Under the pieces are notes generated by a model that saw only the letters and a program-made list of their open reading frames with translations, had not been told where the DNA came from and did no database searches. The position numbers and the translations under genes were made by a program. This document shows positions 39,269 through 51,762 of a stretch of DNA of 64,000 nt, piece after piece (the stretch's first letter is position 1; every line of letters begins with the position of its first letter). Source of the stretch: Octopus bimaculoides (lineage: Eukaryota); contig NC_068986.1 of NCBI RefSeq assembly GCF_001194135.2, positions 109,405,304 to 109,469,303 on the forward strand. The letters are read 5' to 3'.

Positions 39269-40035
39269 CTGAAATAGAAAATAGAATTTTGATAAATCAG
39301 ACTGGAGCCTGGTGTTGCCATCCGGTTTCACCAGTCCTCAGTCAAATCGTCCAACCCATGCTAGCATGGAAAGCGGACGTTAAACGATGATGATGATGAT
39401 GATGATGAAACAGGACTGATTAATATTTTCATTATACACAGATTCCTCTTTAGCCCCTACCCCACTGGTCAACCCCAGGACATTCTAGCCATAACTATTT
39501 TGTCTCATTTTTAGTGTATCTAGAACTGTATTATCAAATATCTCTTTTTTTATAAAAACTGTTGGATGCGACGAGAAGATAATTTGGCTGCTATTTCTAC
39601 CACGTTTTGTCCGATGCTCTACCAATCCTGGCAATTCACTGCCCACATTTTAACAACTCTCAGACATGACAACCTCACAACTGGCATTAAACAGGTCACA
39701 CTACAAATTATTGCACACAGACATTTTATAGGAAAATAAAACAAAACAAATTTCACTATTTCAGTAAAGAGTTGTGGAACTTGGACATCTTGCCTTCTTG
39801 CTTCCATGCTACAATACTCAAAGTGTCCTTCATATTTTAAGGCAGAAGAGTGTGATTTGAGGGATGTTTGGCTGCTATTTCTAGTGGATTGAGCAAACAT
39901 GTAGAAGCTTCCTCGTTTAATTATTTCAATGATTCTTAATTGCTATAAAACTGGTTTTGTTTATTAAGATAGAATTATGAATAGATGTGTTTCATAACAC
40001 AATTGTTTACCTTGAATGCAACAAAACCAACTCAC

Positions 40036-40198
40036 CTTACGCACAGCAGTTTTTTCTGCTGTAGAACGAGCACACATTATACGGATGCCATAGTTGAATA
40101 GTTCGGAGAAGCGCATCAACTCCAAACCAGTACCAATAAATGCTGATGTTATCACATAATTTACAAAAAAAGCACCATTTCCAGACACAAAGATACAC
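40036..40198 (-). CDS. TMEM63: TMEM63 exon CIFVSGNGAFFVNYVITSAFIGTGLELMR...AVRK
   Basis: NGAFFVNYVIT pore-region motif of TMEM63; canonical sites, phase 2-0. Confidence 0.95.
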
Positions 40199-40584
40199 CT
40201 GTGAAAAATAACATCAAGATTATCAACAGCTCACAACTTTTTGAAAGACTATGAATGTTATTTTCTTTTTTCATCATTTAAGTAGAAGAACAGCAATATT
40301 TATGACCAAGTCCAGGGTATCCAAGATGGGAAGGAGGAAGAAACATAGCTACAGTAGGAAGCAGAGACCTGGCTCGTCTGGTTCAAAACCTGGTCCAAAT
40401 GCTTTTAGCAGAGTGGACTCAACTAAAAGCACTTGAAACTAATTGGGCAGTATGGAGAGGGGTAAGGTAGGAGACATAAGTGTGGATTAGGAAGGAAAAC
40501 ATAACAGAATGATGTGGAAGGTGGAGGAGCAGTAGGGGGGGGAGCTTTAGGGACACAAAAGGACAAAGACTTAAGATTACTTAC

Positions 40585-40641
40585 TGCCATCTGTAACGAT
40601 GTTGTTTGTCTTTTACAGCCCATTCAAGTAAGGCTTTGACA
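40585..40641 (-). CDS. TMEM63: TMEM63 exon VKALLEWAVKDKQHRYRW
   Basis: tttcag| acceptor, |gtaagt donor, phase 2-2 bridging its neighbours. Confidence 0.85.
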
Positions 40642-41550
40642 CTGAAACAGAAGAGAAGAAAACTTATGGACACGTAAAAGCACCCACTACACTCTGAGTG
40701 GTTGGCGTTAGGAAGGGCATCCAGCTGTAGAAACTCTGCCAAATCAGACTGGAGCCTGGTGTTGCCATCCGGTTTCACCANNNNNNNNNNACTGGAGCCT
40801 GGTGTTGCCATCCGGTTTCACCAGTCCTCAGTCAAATCGTCCAACCCATGCTAGCATGGAAAGCGGACGTTAAACGATGATGATGATGATGATGATGAAG
40901 AATACTTGGTACCGACAATAGAAATGTGTCAAAGTGTAGAATATGGAATACAAATTCTGACTATTTTTGAGGACATTGGAAGATGGAATTATTTGATACC
41001 AAAACTGCCTTTTATTGATACATTCCCCAAACAGCAAGATAATGAAGGAACTTTTAAATGGTCATTCAGCCATTTAGAAATAGCAGTTAAACCTCTGACA
41101 AACACATCTTGCTGTCTGGAAAATGTAAGGACACATTAAGCAAGGGGTCATATATACAAAAAAGATGAGGTGATCATAGTAAGAATACAGAAGATCATGT
41201 GTTTGTCTGATTAAAGTCAACTTGGGTGCAAAACAGCACCAGGCTGAGTGATCGATTTAAATAATAAACTAAATATGGCAGTAACCAGCAATGAAGCACA
41301 ATGTAGTGTGAATAAAGTGTTCGACATTGTTGACTCATCTTTATTTAAATAGTTTATTAAAAAGATATTACAAAACAAAATTTATGGAATAAATCATAAT
41401 AAAACAGAGTGCTAATAGGGAAAGCATTAGATATAGTCGCATTACAAAAGTTAGTAAGAGATAGAAATCAAACAACCTGGCACAAAAACAACACAGATAA
41501 TGCAAGAGGAGACAAATGCATCAAAATACAATATGACAATTTTTTTATAC

Positions 41551-41637
41551 CTTGTAAGTCCTAAAGAAGGCAATATCAGAACCATAAATACAAGGAAGAT
41601 AAAAGTTTTTCTCATCACAGCATGGTGCTCGGCGCTC
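41551..41637 (-). CDS. TMEM63: TMEM63 exon SAEHHAVMRKTFIFLVFMVLILPSLGLT
   Basis: FMVLILPSLGLT is a TMEM63 signature; phase 2-2. Confidence 0.95.
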
Positions 41638-41793
41638 CTGGAACACAGAATAAAGATATTTATTGTGAGAAAACTCAGCCAAATATAAGTCTTGTTACTC
41701 AAATAAAAGCAGTGACTCAGAGCCATTAGTAACAAGAATAGAAAGGGAAAGAAGGATAAGTGGATGCTTTTGAAAATTTCAAATGCACCGATA

Positions 41794-41997
41794 CAGGGGT
41801 GGGCAAAAGTAGGCATATTACAGCTGCATATTATGAGTGGAATGTGCTTTCCAGTTTTCTATTTCTTTTCTAAATAGTTGGGAATAATTATTTTACTACA
41901 AAGTACATAGAATTCTTATCCTAAAAAGGAAATAGAGAAATGAAAAGAATATTGCACTCATATTAAGCAACTATACATCCCCTTTTGCCCACCCCTG
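41794..41997. mobile_element. TA-flanked Tc1/mariner MITE (204 bp)
   Basis: Perfect 16-bp TIR CAGGGGTGGGCAAAAG; TA at 41792-41793 and 41998-41999. Confidence 0.85.
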
Positions 41998-42109
41998 TAT
42001 ACAGAATCATTTTTTATTACAAGAGCTTGTTTCATCCCAGGTCATCCCTGGTTCATTAAATATTTACTCAAGATATCATTCCATCTATTTTCAGAGAGTC
42101 TATCTAAAA

Positions 42110-42401
42110 CAGTGGTTCCCAAACTTTTTCGAGATGCTGCCCCCTTGACACCTAGGCCACATTGCTAGCACACCCACCCCAACTAACCCTCACAAGCATA
42201 AACCTCTTTCTGAAGCAAATTCAAAGCAACTGTATTTCACACACAAAATTTAACCTAATGAACCCATTATTTTGTTGTTTTTACATGAATCACCACCTCA
42301 TTATCACCCCAATTTTTACATTAATCGCTGTCCCATTATCACCGCACTTATCTTCAATGCCTCCTTGGAACTTTCCACTGCCCCCACTTTGGGAGCCACT
42401 G
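42110..42401. mobile_element. hAT (Charlie-like) MITE (292 bp)
   Basis: TIR CAGTGGTTCCCAAA / TTTGGGAGCCACTG; 8-bp TSD ATCTAAAA / ATCTAGAA resembles the NTCTAGAN target. Confidence 0.8.
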
Positions 42402-42568
42402 ATCTAGAACTACAATATCCAAAATGTCTTTCTAGGGTGTAATTTGAAGGATATCTGGTGGTTAATTCTAACAAACTGAGTCACCACATGAAACTGAATA
42501 AAATGGTGACATGTTATACGACAGAAGTAGAAGTGGATGTTTTAGAAAAAGACAGAAATACATCTTAC

Positions 42569-42675
42569 CTCGTCCAGTAGCCAATATATTGGTCTGAGTA
42601 ATAGACAATTATAGGTAGAATAGCCGATAATATCCATATAAGAAATGTAGGGACAAACTGTACCAACAACTCATT
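42569..42675 (-). CDS. TMEM63: TMEM63 exon NELLVQFVPTFLIWILSAILPIIVYYSDQYIGYWT
   Basis: QF-x-PT-x-L-x-W...LP-x-IVYYS...WT motif; canonical sites. Confidence 0.92.
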
Positions 42676-43221
42676 CTGAAAATACAACACAAACATTGTC
42701 TAATTAGAGTTTATTTATATAAATATTATTTTTATTTTGGTTTTATAATTGAATATATCTAATTGGTTGAGATGATAATTAGGATATCTATCCTCCTCCT
42801 TTCATTATAAATGATCTGAGTTCACGTACAGCCTTGGGCAGTGTACACATTCAGGCATAGAACAGCTGAACTGATTGATGCATCTAAAAACACAAACACA
42901 AAAACAGATTCATAGTAAGGAAAACTTTAATTCTAATTATCATGATAATTTAAAGCTTAGTGGTTTCAAGTTCAATTCCACTGCATGGCACCTTTGGTAA
43001 GTGTTCTCTACTTTACCCTTGGGCCAACCAAAGCCTTGCGAGTGGATTTGCAAGTTATGGACAGATAAAATGCGCAGCAGTATCACAAGAAGGTTAACAG
43101 GGAAGCAGTGCCTGCCCATGCCATGTACTAGCATGGGAAAAAACATTAAAGAATGGTGAAGATGATTGAAAGATTGAGAGAGAGAGAGAGAGAATCAGAG
43201 AGATCAAGATTGCACACTTAC

Positions 43222-43375
43222 ATGTAAGTCATGAAAAGCTTTCTGATAATTAATTTCATTAAGTTGGTTCATAATGATAGCTGGTGTAGTAAGAAAAAAT
43301 AGAAGTACGGTAAGAACTGCGTTGATTAAGATCACTCGGAGCCACCAGTTCCACACAGGAATGGAGAGGTTTTCC
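43222..43375 (-). CDS. TMEM63: TMEM63 exon ENLSIPVWNWWLRVILIN...FFLTTPAII...HDLH
   Basis: WENLS...WWLR...FFLTTPAII motif; phase 2-0. Confidence 0.95.
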
Positions 43376-44487
43376 CTAGAAAGAAAAAAAACAAAACAAA
43401 ACAAGATTACATAAATACTAGGGAGGAGGTGTATAGCTCATGGAATCATTGTATAACTTATGTGTAAGCCATGCATTATCATCATTTAATATCCATCTTC
43501 CATGCTGGTATGGGTGGGGCGGTTTGACAGGAGCCGGTCAGCTGCACCAGAATCCAGTTGTCTGCTTTGGCATGGTTTCTATGACCGGATGCCCTTCCTA
43601 ATGCCAACCACTTTACAGTGTACTGAATATCTCAAATGTGGCACTGACATTGGTGCACTTTACACAGCAGTGGCACAAATGCTCTCCATGTGGCACTGGC
43701 ACAGGTGCATCTTATGTGACACCAGTAGTTTACATGGCACCAACACATGGGAAATGGACATTAAATGATGATAACTGACTGCCATCCAAAATTAGAATTC
43801 CATCAGAAGAACGATGGAAAAATTGAAGCCAGCACGGTTGGATTGGCAAACCCTAAAATATGAGAGGAGATGCCAAAAACAACTGGAATTTTAATGCAAA
43901 TTATTTTAGGAATTTAAACACTGTGTTTGAAGAATGTAAATAAAGTGAAATAATTTAGGAAAGTACTTCTTGTCTCATATTCATTTATATATTATTATCA
44001 AATGATGATGATGATGTTTGAAGGGTGAGAACATCTACACAATCACCATTGTATGAGAAAATTATAATTTTTCAAATTATTATTATTTGGCAAAAAAAAA
44101 AAAAAAGGTGGCGAGCTGGCAGAAACGTTAGCACACCGGGCGAAATGCTTAGCGATATTTCGTCTGCCACTATGTTCTGAGTTCAAATTCCGCCGAGGTA
44201 GACTTTGCATTTCATCATTTCAGGGTCGATAAATTAAGTACCAGTTATGCACTGGGGTCGATGTAATCGACTTAATCCCTTTGTCTGTCCTTGTTTGTCC
44301 CCTCTGTGTTTAGCCCCTTGTGGGCAATAAAGAAATAAATGTATGTGATAACATTGAGTTAAATTGTAACAAACGAAAATTGTAGAAATGAACAAAATTA
44401 ATGATTTTACTTTTATAAAGTTAAAGCAATTTTGTACCTGATCAAAAAAAGAAAAAGAAAAAAAAAGGGACAAGTGTGTTTCCTTAC

Positions 44488-44613
44488 CAGTAAATGTTAC
44501 CAGGTGAAGGTGCATAAGAGATCTCCCAATGGCCAACACCAATCTCTTCACTAACACTAGATACAGCTGAATTATGAACTCCCTGGCAAACAGCTTGGAA
44601 ATCTTGGTGTACT
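44488..44613 (-). CDS. TMEM63: TMEM63 exon VHQDFQAVC...WEISYAPSPGNIY
   Basis: W-x-x-x-YAP-x-P-x-NIYW motif; phase 2-2. Confidence 0.92.
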
Positions 44614-45288
44614 CTAATAAATATTAGAAACAAAAGAAGGATATTAATTCACAATTACTGAAACTTAATGCATCTCCATCATGAAAAGTTTCCATCATCT
44701 TCATTAGTTATTGTTAAGAAAATTTAATTAAAATTCTTAATGAAAGCAATCGAAATAATTGTTAAAAAAGTAACTAATTTTCTTCAAAATGTTTTAATTA
44801 GCTGCAAATCTATACTCACCAATTGACAACCATGTTAACATGGGTTGGGCAGTTTGAGAAGCGCTGGTAAGCTGCAGGGCTGCACCAACCGCCTTACAAA
44901 GTGTACTGGGTGCTTTTAAATGGCACAGGTATAGGTGCCATTTATGTGGCACAGTCATGGATGCTCTTCATGCGATACTGGCACAGGTGCTCTTTATGCG
45001 ACACTGGTATGCATGTTCTTCATATAGCACAGGCACTCTTCACATGGAACAGGCACTCTCCATGTGGCACAGGCATGCGAGCTCTTCATGTGACACCAGC
45101 ATGCATGATCTTCACATGGCACTGGCATGCGTGCTCTTCACATGGCACGGGCATGGGTGTTCTACACGTGGCATGGGTATGGGTGCTCTTCATGTGGGAC
45201 CAACATGTGTTCTACATGTGACACTGGCAGGTGGTTTTTACATGGCACTAGCACATAAATTTCCGGCCTTGTGCCAATAGTAGAAAGG

Positions 45289-45324
<36 letters not shown>

Positions 45325-45514
45325 GAAGGCAGAATCATTAGCATGCCGGGCAAAATGCTTAGCAGTATTTTGTTTGCTGTTATGTTCTGAGTTAAACTTC
45401 ACTTTTCATCTTTTCAATTAAATAAGTACCAGTTATGCACTGAGGTCAATGTAATTGACTTAATCCTTTCCCCCAAACCATCCAACCCATGCCAGCATGA
45501 ACAACAGATCTTAA

Positions 45515-45736
45515 CCCTTTTGTTACCAACCCAGATGAAACCACCCCTGGCTGTGTAGTACAAATGTCTTGTTTTCATAAGTTTTCAATTAAAATCTTCC
45601 ACCAAACTTTAGTCACAATTTATGTTTCTAACACTGGCTTAATGATAACTAAGTTGTTTTACTAAATTCTTTGTTATATTTAAAATTAATTGAAAGAAAC
45701 ACAGAGCATCTCAAACTAAATACAGTAACGAAAGGG
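45515..45736. mobile_element. piggyBac-type MITE (222 bp)
   Basis: TTAA TSDs at 45511-45514 and 45737-45740; TIR CCCTTTTGTTAC / GTAACGAAAGGG. Confidence 0.8.
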
Positions 45737-45768
45737 TTAAATGATAACGATTGCGAATGTTAACTTAC

Positions 45769-45902
45769 TTTTCAGCCATGACATCTGTAGCAAGAGTGAG
45801 GAAGGCCATTCCTAGGGGTCGTTGATAGGCACAAACTTTTTCAGTCTCCACTTTATTGCTTAGTCTCATTTCATCTTCTGTGTAGTACTCAATAGCATCG
45901 AC
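45769..45902 (-). CDS. TMEM63: TMEM63 exon VDAIEYYT...RPLGMAFLTLATDVMAE
   Basis: DAIEYY and PLGMAF motifs; phase 0-2. Confidence 0.95.
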
Positions 45903-46478
45903 CTGAGACAAACAGTGATTTGAACTTTGAAGATTATGGTTAAATACAAAGTAGGACATCAGACATGATGGTTATTTTAATCACACATGAATACATACAT
46001 ATACAACACCATCATTTAGCATCTGTATTCCATGCTGGCATGGAATCTGACAAATCAAAAGATTGTGTTAAGTGCCAGTGCCTCTATTGGTAGGGTTTCT
46101 ACAGCTGGATGCCCTTCCTAATGCCAACCACTTTACAGAGTGTACTGGGTGCTTCCTTTGTGGCACTGGCACTAGTGAGATCACCAAGTAATTTGGAAGA
46201 CAAGATTCTTTGACTGAGTAGGTGCTGCTCTTATTCTTAATACATTCTATGAAAGCAAAACCATTTGACTGTGACCGGACAACTCACAAAGGACTATAAA
46301 ATACTTTTATTGTGAAAATAATGGTTTAAATTATTTGTAACTCACAATAACCTTTATTAATAACCATATTTTAGGTAACAAACTGGTTTGTTTTGGTGAG
46401 CAAAGTTTTAGATGAAAAAAAAAATAATAAATATCATAACATAAATAAATAAGGAAAAGAAAATTAGCTGCTCCTCAC

Positions 46479-46605
46479 ATTTTGACATCCACATCTATTA
46501 CAGCAACAACAAAACTGACCACAGTGGTATGGACGAAGGGTAGGTCTTTGACCAGTTTTATGGTATTCATTTTCTGAATTCACTTTAGCTTCCAGAGCTC
46601 TTCGC
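46479..46605 (-). CDS. TMEM63: TMEM63 exon RRALEAK...RPYHCGQFCCCCNRCGCQN
   Basis: Cys-rich CGQ-x-CCC-x-x-x-GC cytosolic loop motif; ttgcag| acceptor and |gtgagg donor. Confidence 0.92.
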
Positions 46606-47654
46606 CTGCAACAAACCAAAGTCAAATATTAAGTTTTTTGGGGGGGTTTTTTTCACAAACAGACTAAACTTGCAGTAAAAATAACTGCAAAACAAAGAAA
46701 TAAAAATTTAAATGGTGATAAAACATATTTTACACTTTTTATCACAGAGACATTTGTAATTAAATTTTAAAAAATATGACAGGATGGTCGTGACTGGAAT
46801 ACATCTGTCAGATTAAAACAAGAATCGATTTGATTGATCAGAGGGCTGTTGCATCAGGGATACTCAGGGCNNNNNNNNNNNNNNNNNNNNNNNNNNNNNN
46901 NNNNNNNNNNNNNNNNNNNNNNNNNNNNNNNNNNNNNNNNNNNNNNNNNNNNNNNNNNNNNNNNNNNNNNNNNNNNNNNNNNNNNNNNNNNNNNNNNNNN
47001 NNNNNNNNNNNNNNNNNNNNNNNNNNNNNNNNNNNNNNNNNNNNNNNNNNNNNNNNNNNNNNNNNNNNNNNNNNNNNNNNNNNNNNNNNNNNNNNNNNNN
47101 NNNNNNNNNNNNNNNNNNNNNNNNNNNNNNNNNNNNNNNNNNNNNNNNNNNNNNNNNNNNNNNNNNNNNNNNNNNNNNNNNNNNNNNNNNNNNNNNNNNN
47201 NNNNNNNNNNNNNNNNNNNNNNNNNNNNNNNNNNNNNNNNNNNNNNNNNNNNNNNNNNNNNNNNNNNNNNNNNNNNNNNNNNNNNNNNNNNNNNNNNNNN
47301 NNNNNNNNNNNNNNNNNNNNNNNNNNNNNNNNNNNNNNNNNNNNNNNNNNNNNNNNNNNNNNNNNNNNNNNNNNNNNNNNNNNNNNNNNNNNNNNNNNNN
47401 NNNNNNNNNNNNNNNNNNNNNNNNNNNNNNNNNNNNNNNNNNNNNNNNNNNNNNNNNNNNNNNNNNNNNNNNNNNNNNNNNNNNNNNNNNNNNNNNNNNN
47501 NNNNNNNNNNNNNNNNNNNNNNNNNNNNNNNNNNNNNNNNNNNNNNNNNNNNNNNNNNNNNNNNNNNNNNNNNNNNNNNNNNNNNNNNNNNNNNNNNNNN
47601 NNNNNNNNNGGTTGTAGTTAATTACATCAATTCTAGTTACATAAGTACTTTACA

Positions 47655-47688
<34 letters not shown>

Positions 47689-47857
47689 ATAATAATAATG
47701 GTTTCAAATTTTGTCATAAGGGCAGCTTGAGGAAGGTGGGGCTAAGTCAATTACATTAACCCCAGTGTTCAACTGGTACTTAATTTATCCACCCCTCCAC
47801 CCCGAAAGGATGAAAAGTAAAGTTGACCTCGGCGGAATTTGAACTCAGAACGTAAAG

Positions 47858-47888
<31 letters not shown>

Positions 47889-47891
47889 CAC

Positions 47892-47965
47892 TGAAAATGT
47901 TGTAATACGATGCTTTTGAAACATTTATCTTTTGGAATATTTGATATCATCAAAGTCTTGGAAAC
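47892..47965 (-). CDS. TMEM63: TMEM63 exon VSKTLMISNIPKDKCFKSIVLQHF
   Basis: TL-x-I-x-x-IP...HF motif of the RRM-like cytosolic domain; phase 0-2. Confidence 0.9.
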
Positions 47966-50326
47966 CTAGAAAGAAAATTAGAAAAAAAAAGAAATCAAAC
48001 ACAAAATTATGAACTAAATGGTGACAAAAGAGATGTCGGTGCCAATATGCAGAGATGGTTTTAATTAGTCTTGTATACTGTTGATGTTGTCGAGGGTGCC
48101 AGTTGATCCGATCAACGGAACAGCCTGCTCAGTGTTGCCTGTCATATAACAAATAACACTCTACGGCAGAACATAAAAAGCATCATTCAAATATGGTCGA
48201 TGCCAGTACCGCCTGACTGACTACCATGCCAGTGGCCTGTAAATAGCACCATTCGAGTGTAGTCAATGCCAGTGCTGCCTGACTGGTTCCTATTCCGGTA
48301 GCATGTAAAAAGCACCATCCAAATGTGGCCAATGCCAGTGCCGACTGACTGGCCCCTGTACTGGTGGCGTGTAAAAAGCATCCACTACATTATCGGAGTG
48401 GTTTGCATTAGGAAGGGCATCCAGCTGTAGAAACCTTGCCAGATCAGATTGGAGCCTGGTGCAGCCTCCTGGTTTGCCAGTCCTCAGTCAAACCGTCCAA
48501 CTCATCCCAGCATGGAAAGCAAACGTTAAACAATGATGATGTATATGTACACACACACCCACTGTAGAGTGTTATCACTCATGTGATGGATAACTCTGGA
48601 AGTACATTTTTACCACCATGAGTAATATCAGAAAATATGGTGCATATACAATAATTTATTATTAAATTTTGTCAAATCTCGTAGAGCTTAAAAAACGAAA
48701 AATATTACTTTAAAATAAAATCAAAAGATTTCTCATTGGTGTAACTCCTCCCACAATCATTATCATTTATTCACTCTATTCTTCCTTTGTCTCTGATTCT
48801 TTCTCTCACTGTGTGTGTGTGTGTGGTGTTCTTTTACTCCTTAAGTGCACTTGTCCTGTATATCTTATGTTAACTCTCTCTCCCCCTCTCTCTACATAAT
48901 GTAAACCATGACTTGGAAAAGCTAACCAACATTTCTATTGGCTTTTATCAAATAGAGATTTAATTAAACTTTATACATTAACAGGTTAACAGGACATGTT
49001 ATATGTAAAACAAAAGATGTCTGCACCAAGTTGTGAACAATTTTTTTTTCTTTTTTGTCAAAAAATGCTGCTAGGTATAAAAGAGGTAATTAGTTTCTTT
49101 GTTAATGTTATTTCTAGAATATATAATTGTTAGAATATGTAACAATTTGCATAATATGATGCACACAAGTCTACCCAGATTACTTCCAATACAAGTTTGT
49201 GCTTTTGCTTTTAGTGAAAATATTAGAAATTGTTCTTTTGTTTTTCATTAAATTAACTTCTAATAAAGACATAAGGTTGCAAAATATGGTTTTCCACATT
49301 ACAGATACACAAATACACAATCTGCCAATTTCTTCTGACCCCTAATATTTGTTTATACTTTCGCTGCAGTTACATGTTAATTATGGTTGGCCTTTTCTGT
49401 GATTGGTTGAGAGTATTGTTGAGACAGTGCCTTTGTCTCTGTCGTGTCTGACTGCTTCCAGAAGCAAGTGCTAGTACCATCTCTCTACTTATGGATATGC
49501 CACAAAGGAAAGATAACTAAATACATTCAAAGAATCCATTGAGCCACAAGAGATGCCAGATATTGGTTAAGTATTAGCATCATCATTTAACATCTGTTTT
49601 CCATGCTGGCATGGGTTGGAGAGTTTGACAGGAGCTGGCAAGCCAGAGGGCTGCACCAGGCTCCAGTCATCCATTTTGGCATGGTAACCATATATATTTG
49701 CCTTAAGGTCCCTCCCTCTGAATCAAATATTTGAACAGATTTTGGATTTGACATCAAAAGGGAAAGGTATGAAGGTTTAAAAAAAGTTAAGGGAATAAAT
49801 TTCTATAGAAAATTCTAAATCAGTTCAGAGTACAACTCCATTGATTTTCAAGAAACCAAAGAAGGAATATGTTTGTTCAATCTGCAAGAAATAGAAGCCA
49901 AATCTTCCTCCAATATAACCCTACCTTCATAAATAAAAACAAATGCATTATGTATTTTAGACAACCTAAAAAGACAACAGTGGTTATAATTAGATTGCCC
50001 TCACTCATAAGTTTGTTTAATCAAGGTTGACCCGGGGATAAATAATATTAATAGGAATCCTTATTAAAAGTAGCAAGCTAGCTGAATTGTTAGCATGCTG
50101 GGTGAAATGCCACTAAGCATTTCACCTGTCTTATGTTCTGAGTTCAAATCCCACTGAGACTGACTTTGCCTTTCATCCTTTCAGGGTCCATGAAATTAGT
50201 ACCCGACAAGCATTGGAGTCAATTTAAATGACTTATGCCCCCTCTCCTGAAATTGCTAGCCTTGTGCCAAAATTTAAAACTGACATGAATCCTAATAAAT
50301 AACATTAGAGGGAGCAGTTGATTATA

Positions 50327-50760
50327 CAGGGTGTCCCAAAAGTCACTGATTGGTTTCAAGTTTTGATAACTTCCTTAACTTTACAAATAAATGCATGAAA
50401 TTTTGATCCAATATAAAGGACATAATGGAAATTATTATGCACAAGTCAAATATTGCAACACCACTACATTACATATGAAAAATGCCATCACTTAAATGGC
50501 AGCCATTTTCGGGATTGCACACCTATGCTCTTTCCAAAAATTTGCACCATAACACCCTCAAGAGTTTCAGACCCCACTTCTCTGATTTCTCTATTGATGT
50601 TCTCCTTCAGTTGCACCAGGGTTTCCGGTTTGTTGACGTAAACCCCCTCTTTCAGGTATCCCCACAAGAACAAAATCTGGGCTCATCAGGTCTGGGTGAA
50701 GGTGGAAGAAATTCGTGTTGTCACAATTGTAGCAAGAATGGCTAAGATAAAAAAAACAGA
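50327..50760 (-). mobile_element. 3' end of a rosa/DD41D-type Tc1/mariner element
   Basis: TA-CAGGGTGTCCC terminus; minus strand reads PDL..PDF/LWGYLKEGVYVNKPETLVQLKENINREI. Confidence 0.8.
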
Positions 50761-51222
50761 CAACAATTTCCATCTTTTTGCTCTGTTAAAATATTTTTAA
50801 AAAATTATATTAATGTATCCTACTTGTTGAAGTTCCATATATTTTTTTGTGCANNNNNNNNNNNNNNNNNNNNNNNNNNNNNNNNNNNNNNNNNNNNNNN
50901 NNNNNNNNNNNNNNNNNNNNNNNNNNNNNNNNNNNNNNNNNNNNNNNNNNNNNNNNNNNNNNNNNNNNNNNNNNNNNNNNNNNNNNNNNNNNNNNNNNNN
51001 NNNNNNNNNNNNNNNNNNNNNNNNNNNNNNNNNNNNNNNNNNNNNNNNNNNNNNNNNNNNNNNNNNNNNNNNNNNNNNNNNNNNNNNNNNNNNNNNNNNN
51101 NNNNNNNNNNNTATATATATATATATATATATATAAAACAAATATCTACACATATTGTGGAAAATAAACTATAATTTTAAATTTATGTTGTTTTATATGA
51201 TGTACTTCAATTCAATTGTTAC

Positions 51223-51331
51223 CTGATCGTCTTCTTCAAATTGAAGACTATGAGAGAAATGTTGCATGAAGAATACTGCAATCATTAGGTAGATTATGGC
51301 AAGAAGAACATGGATCCAAAGCAATTGGGAA
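51223..51331 (-). CDS. TMEM63: TMEM63 exon SQLLWIHVLLAIIYLMIAVFFMQHFSHSLQFEEDDQ
   Basis: LLW-x-H...Y...FM-x-H TM motif; phase 2-0. Confidence 0.92.
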
Positions 51332-51762
51332 CTGAAAAACAAACAAACAAAAAATACAGAGAAATAATAGATTGATAGTGAATCATCTTAAATCCTAATG
51401 CTATAAATAGAATCAATCAATCAATTAATCCAACGACAAAGGTATCCAACAATGGCAGGGGGGGTTCAGTCCCATTGATTTTTTTTTTTCACTTTTTATG
51501 GCTCAGTGAGAAGTGGATGAGCAGTGTCCATGATCCCTTTGTAGGGTCCCTGAAACAGATGGGAGCAAGTTATCTACAGATGCAGGCAGTTTGCTTCCTG
51601 GCTGCTGAGTCTATAGTACAAGGGTTCAGCCTCATTGTGTGTCACCTTGGGCAAGTGTCTTCTACTATGGTCTCAGGCCAACCAATGCCTTGTAGGTGGA
51701 CTTAGTAGATGGAAACTGAAAGAAGCCTGTAGTGTATTTATGTGTGTGTATATTATATACAT

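Noticed and set aside
40741-40822. Direct repeat across a 10-N gap (similarly 56881-57055)
   Set aside because: Typical contig-overlap artefact.
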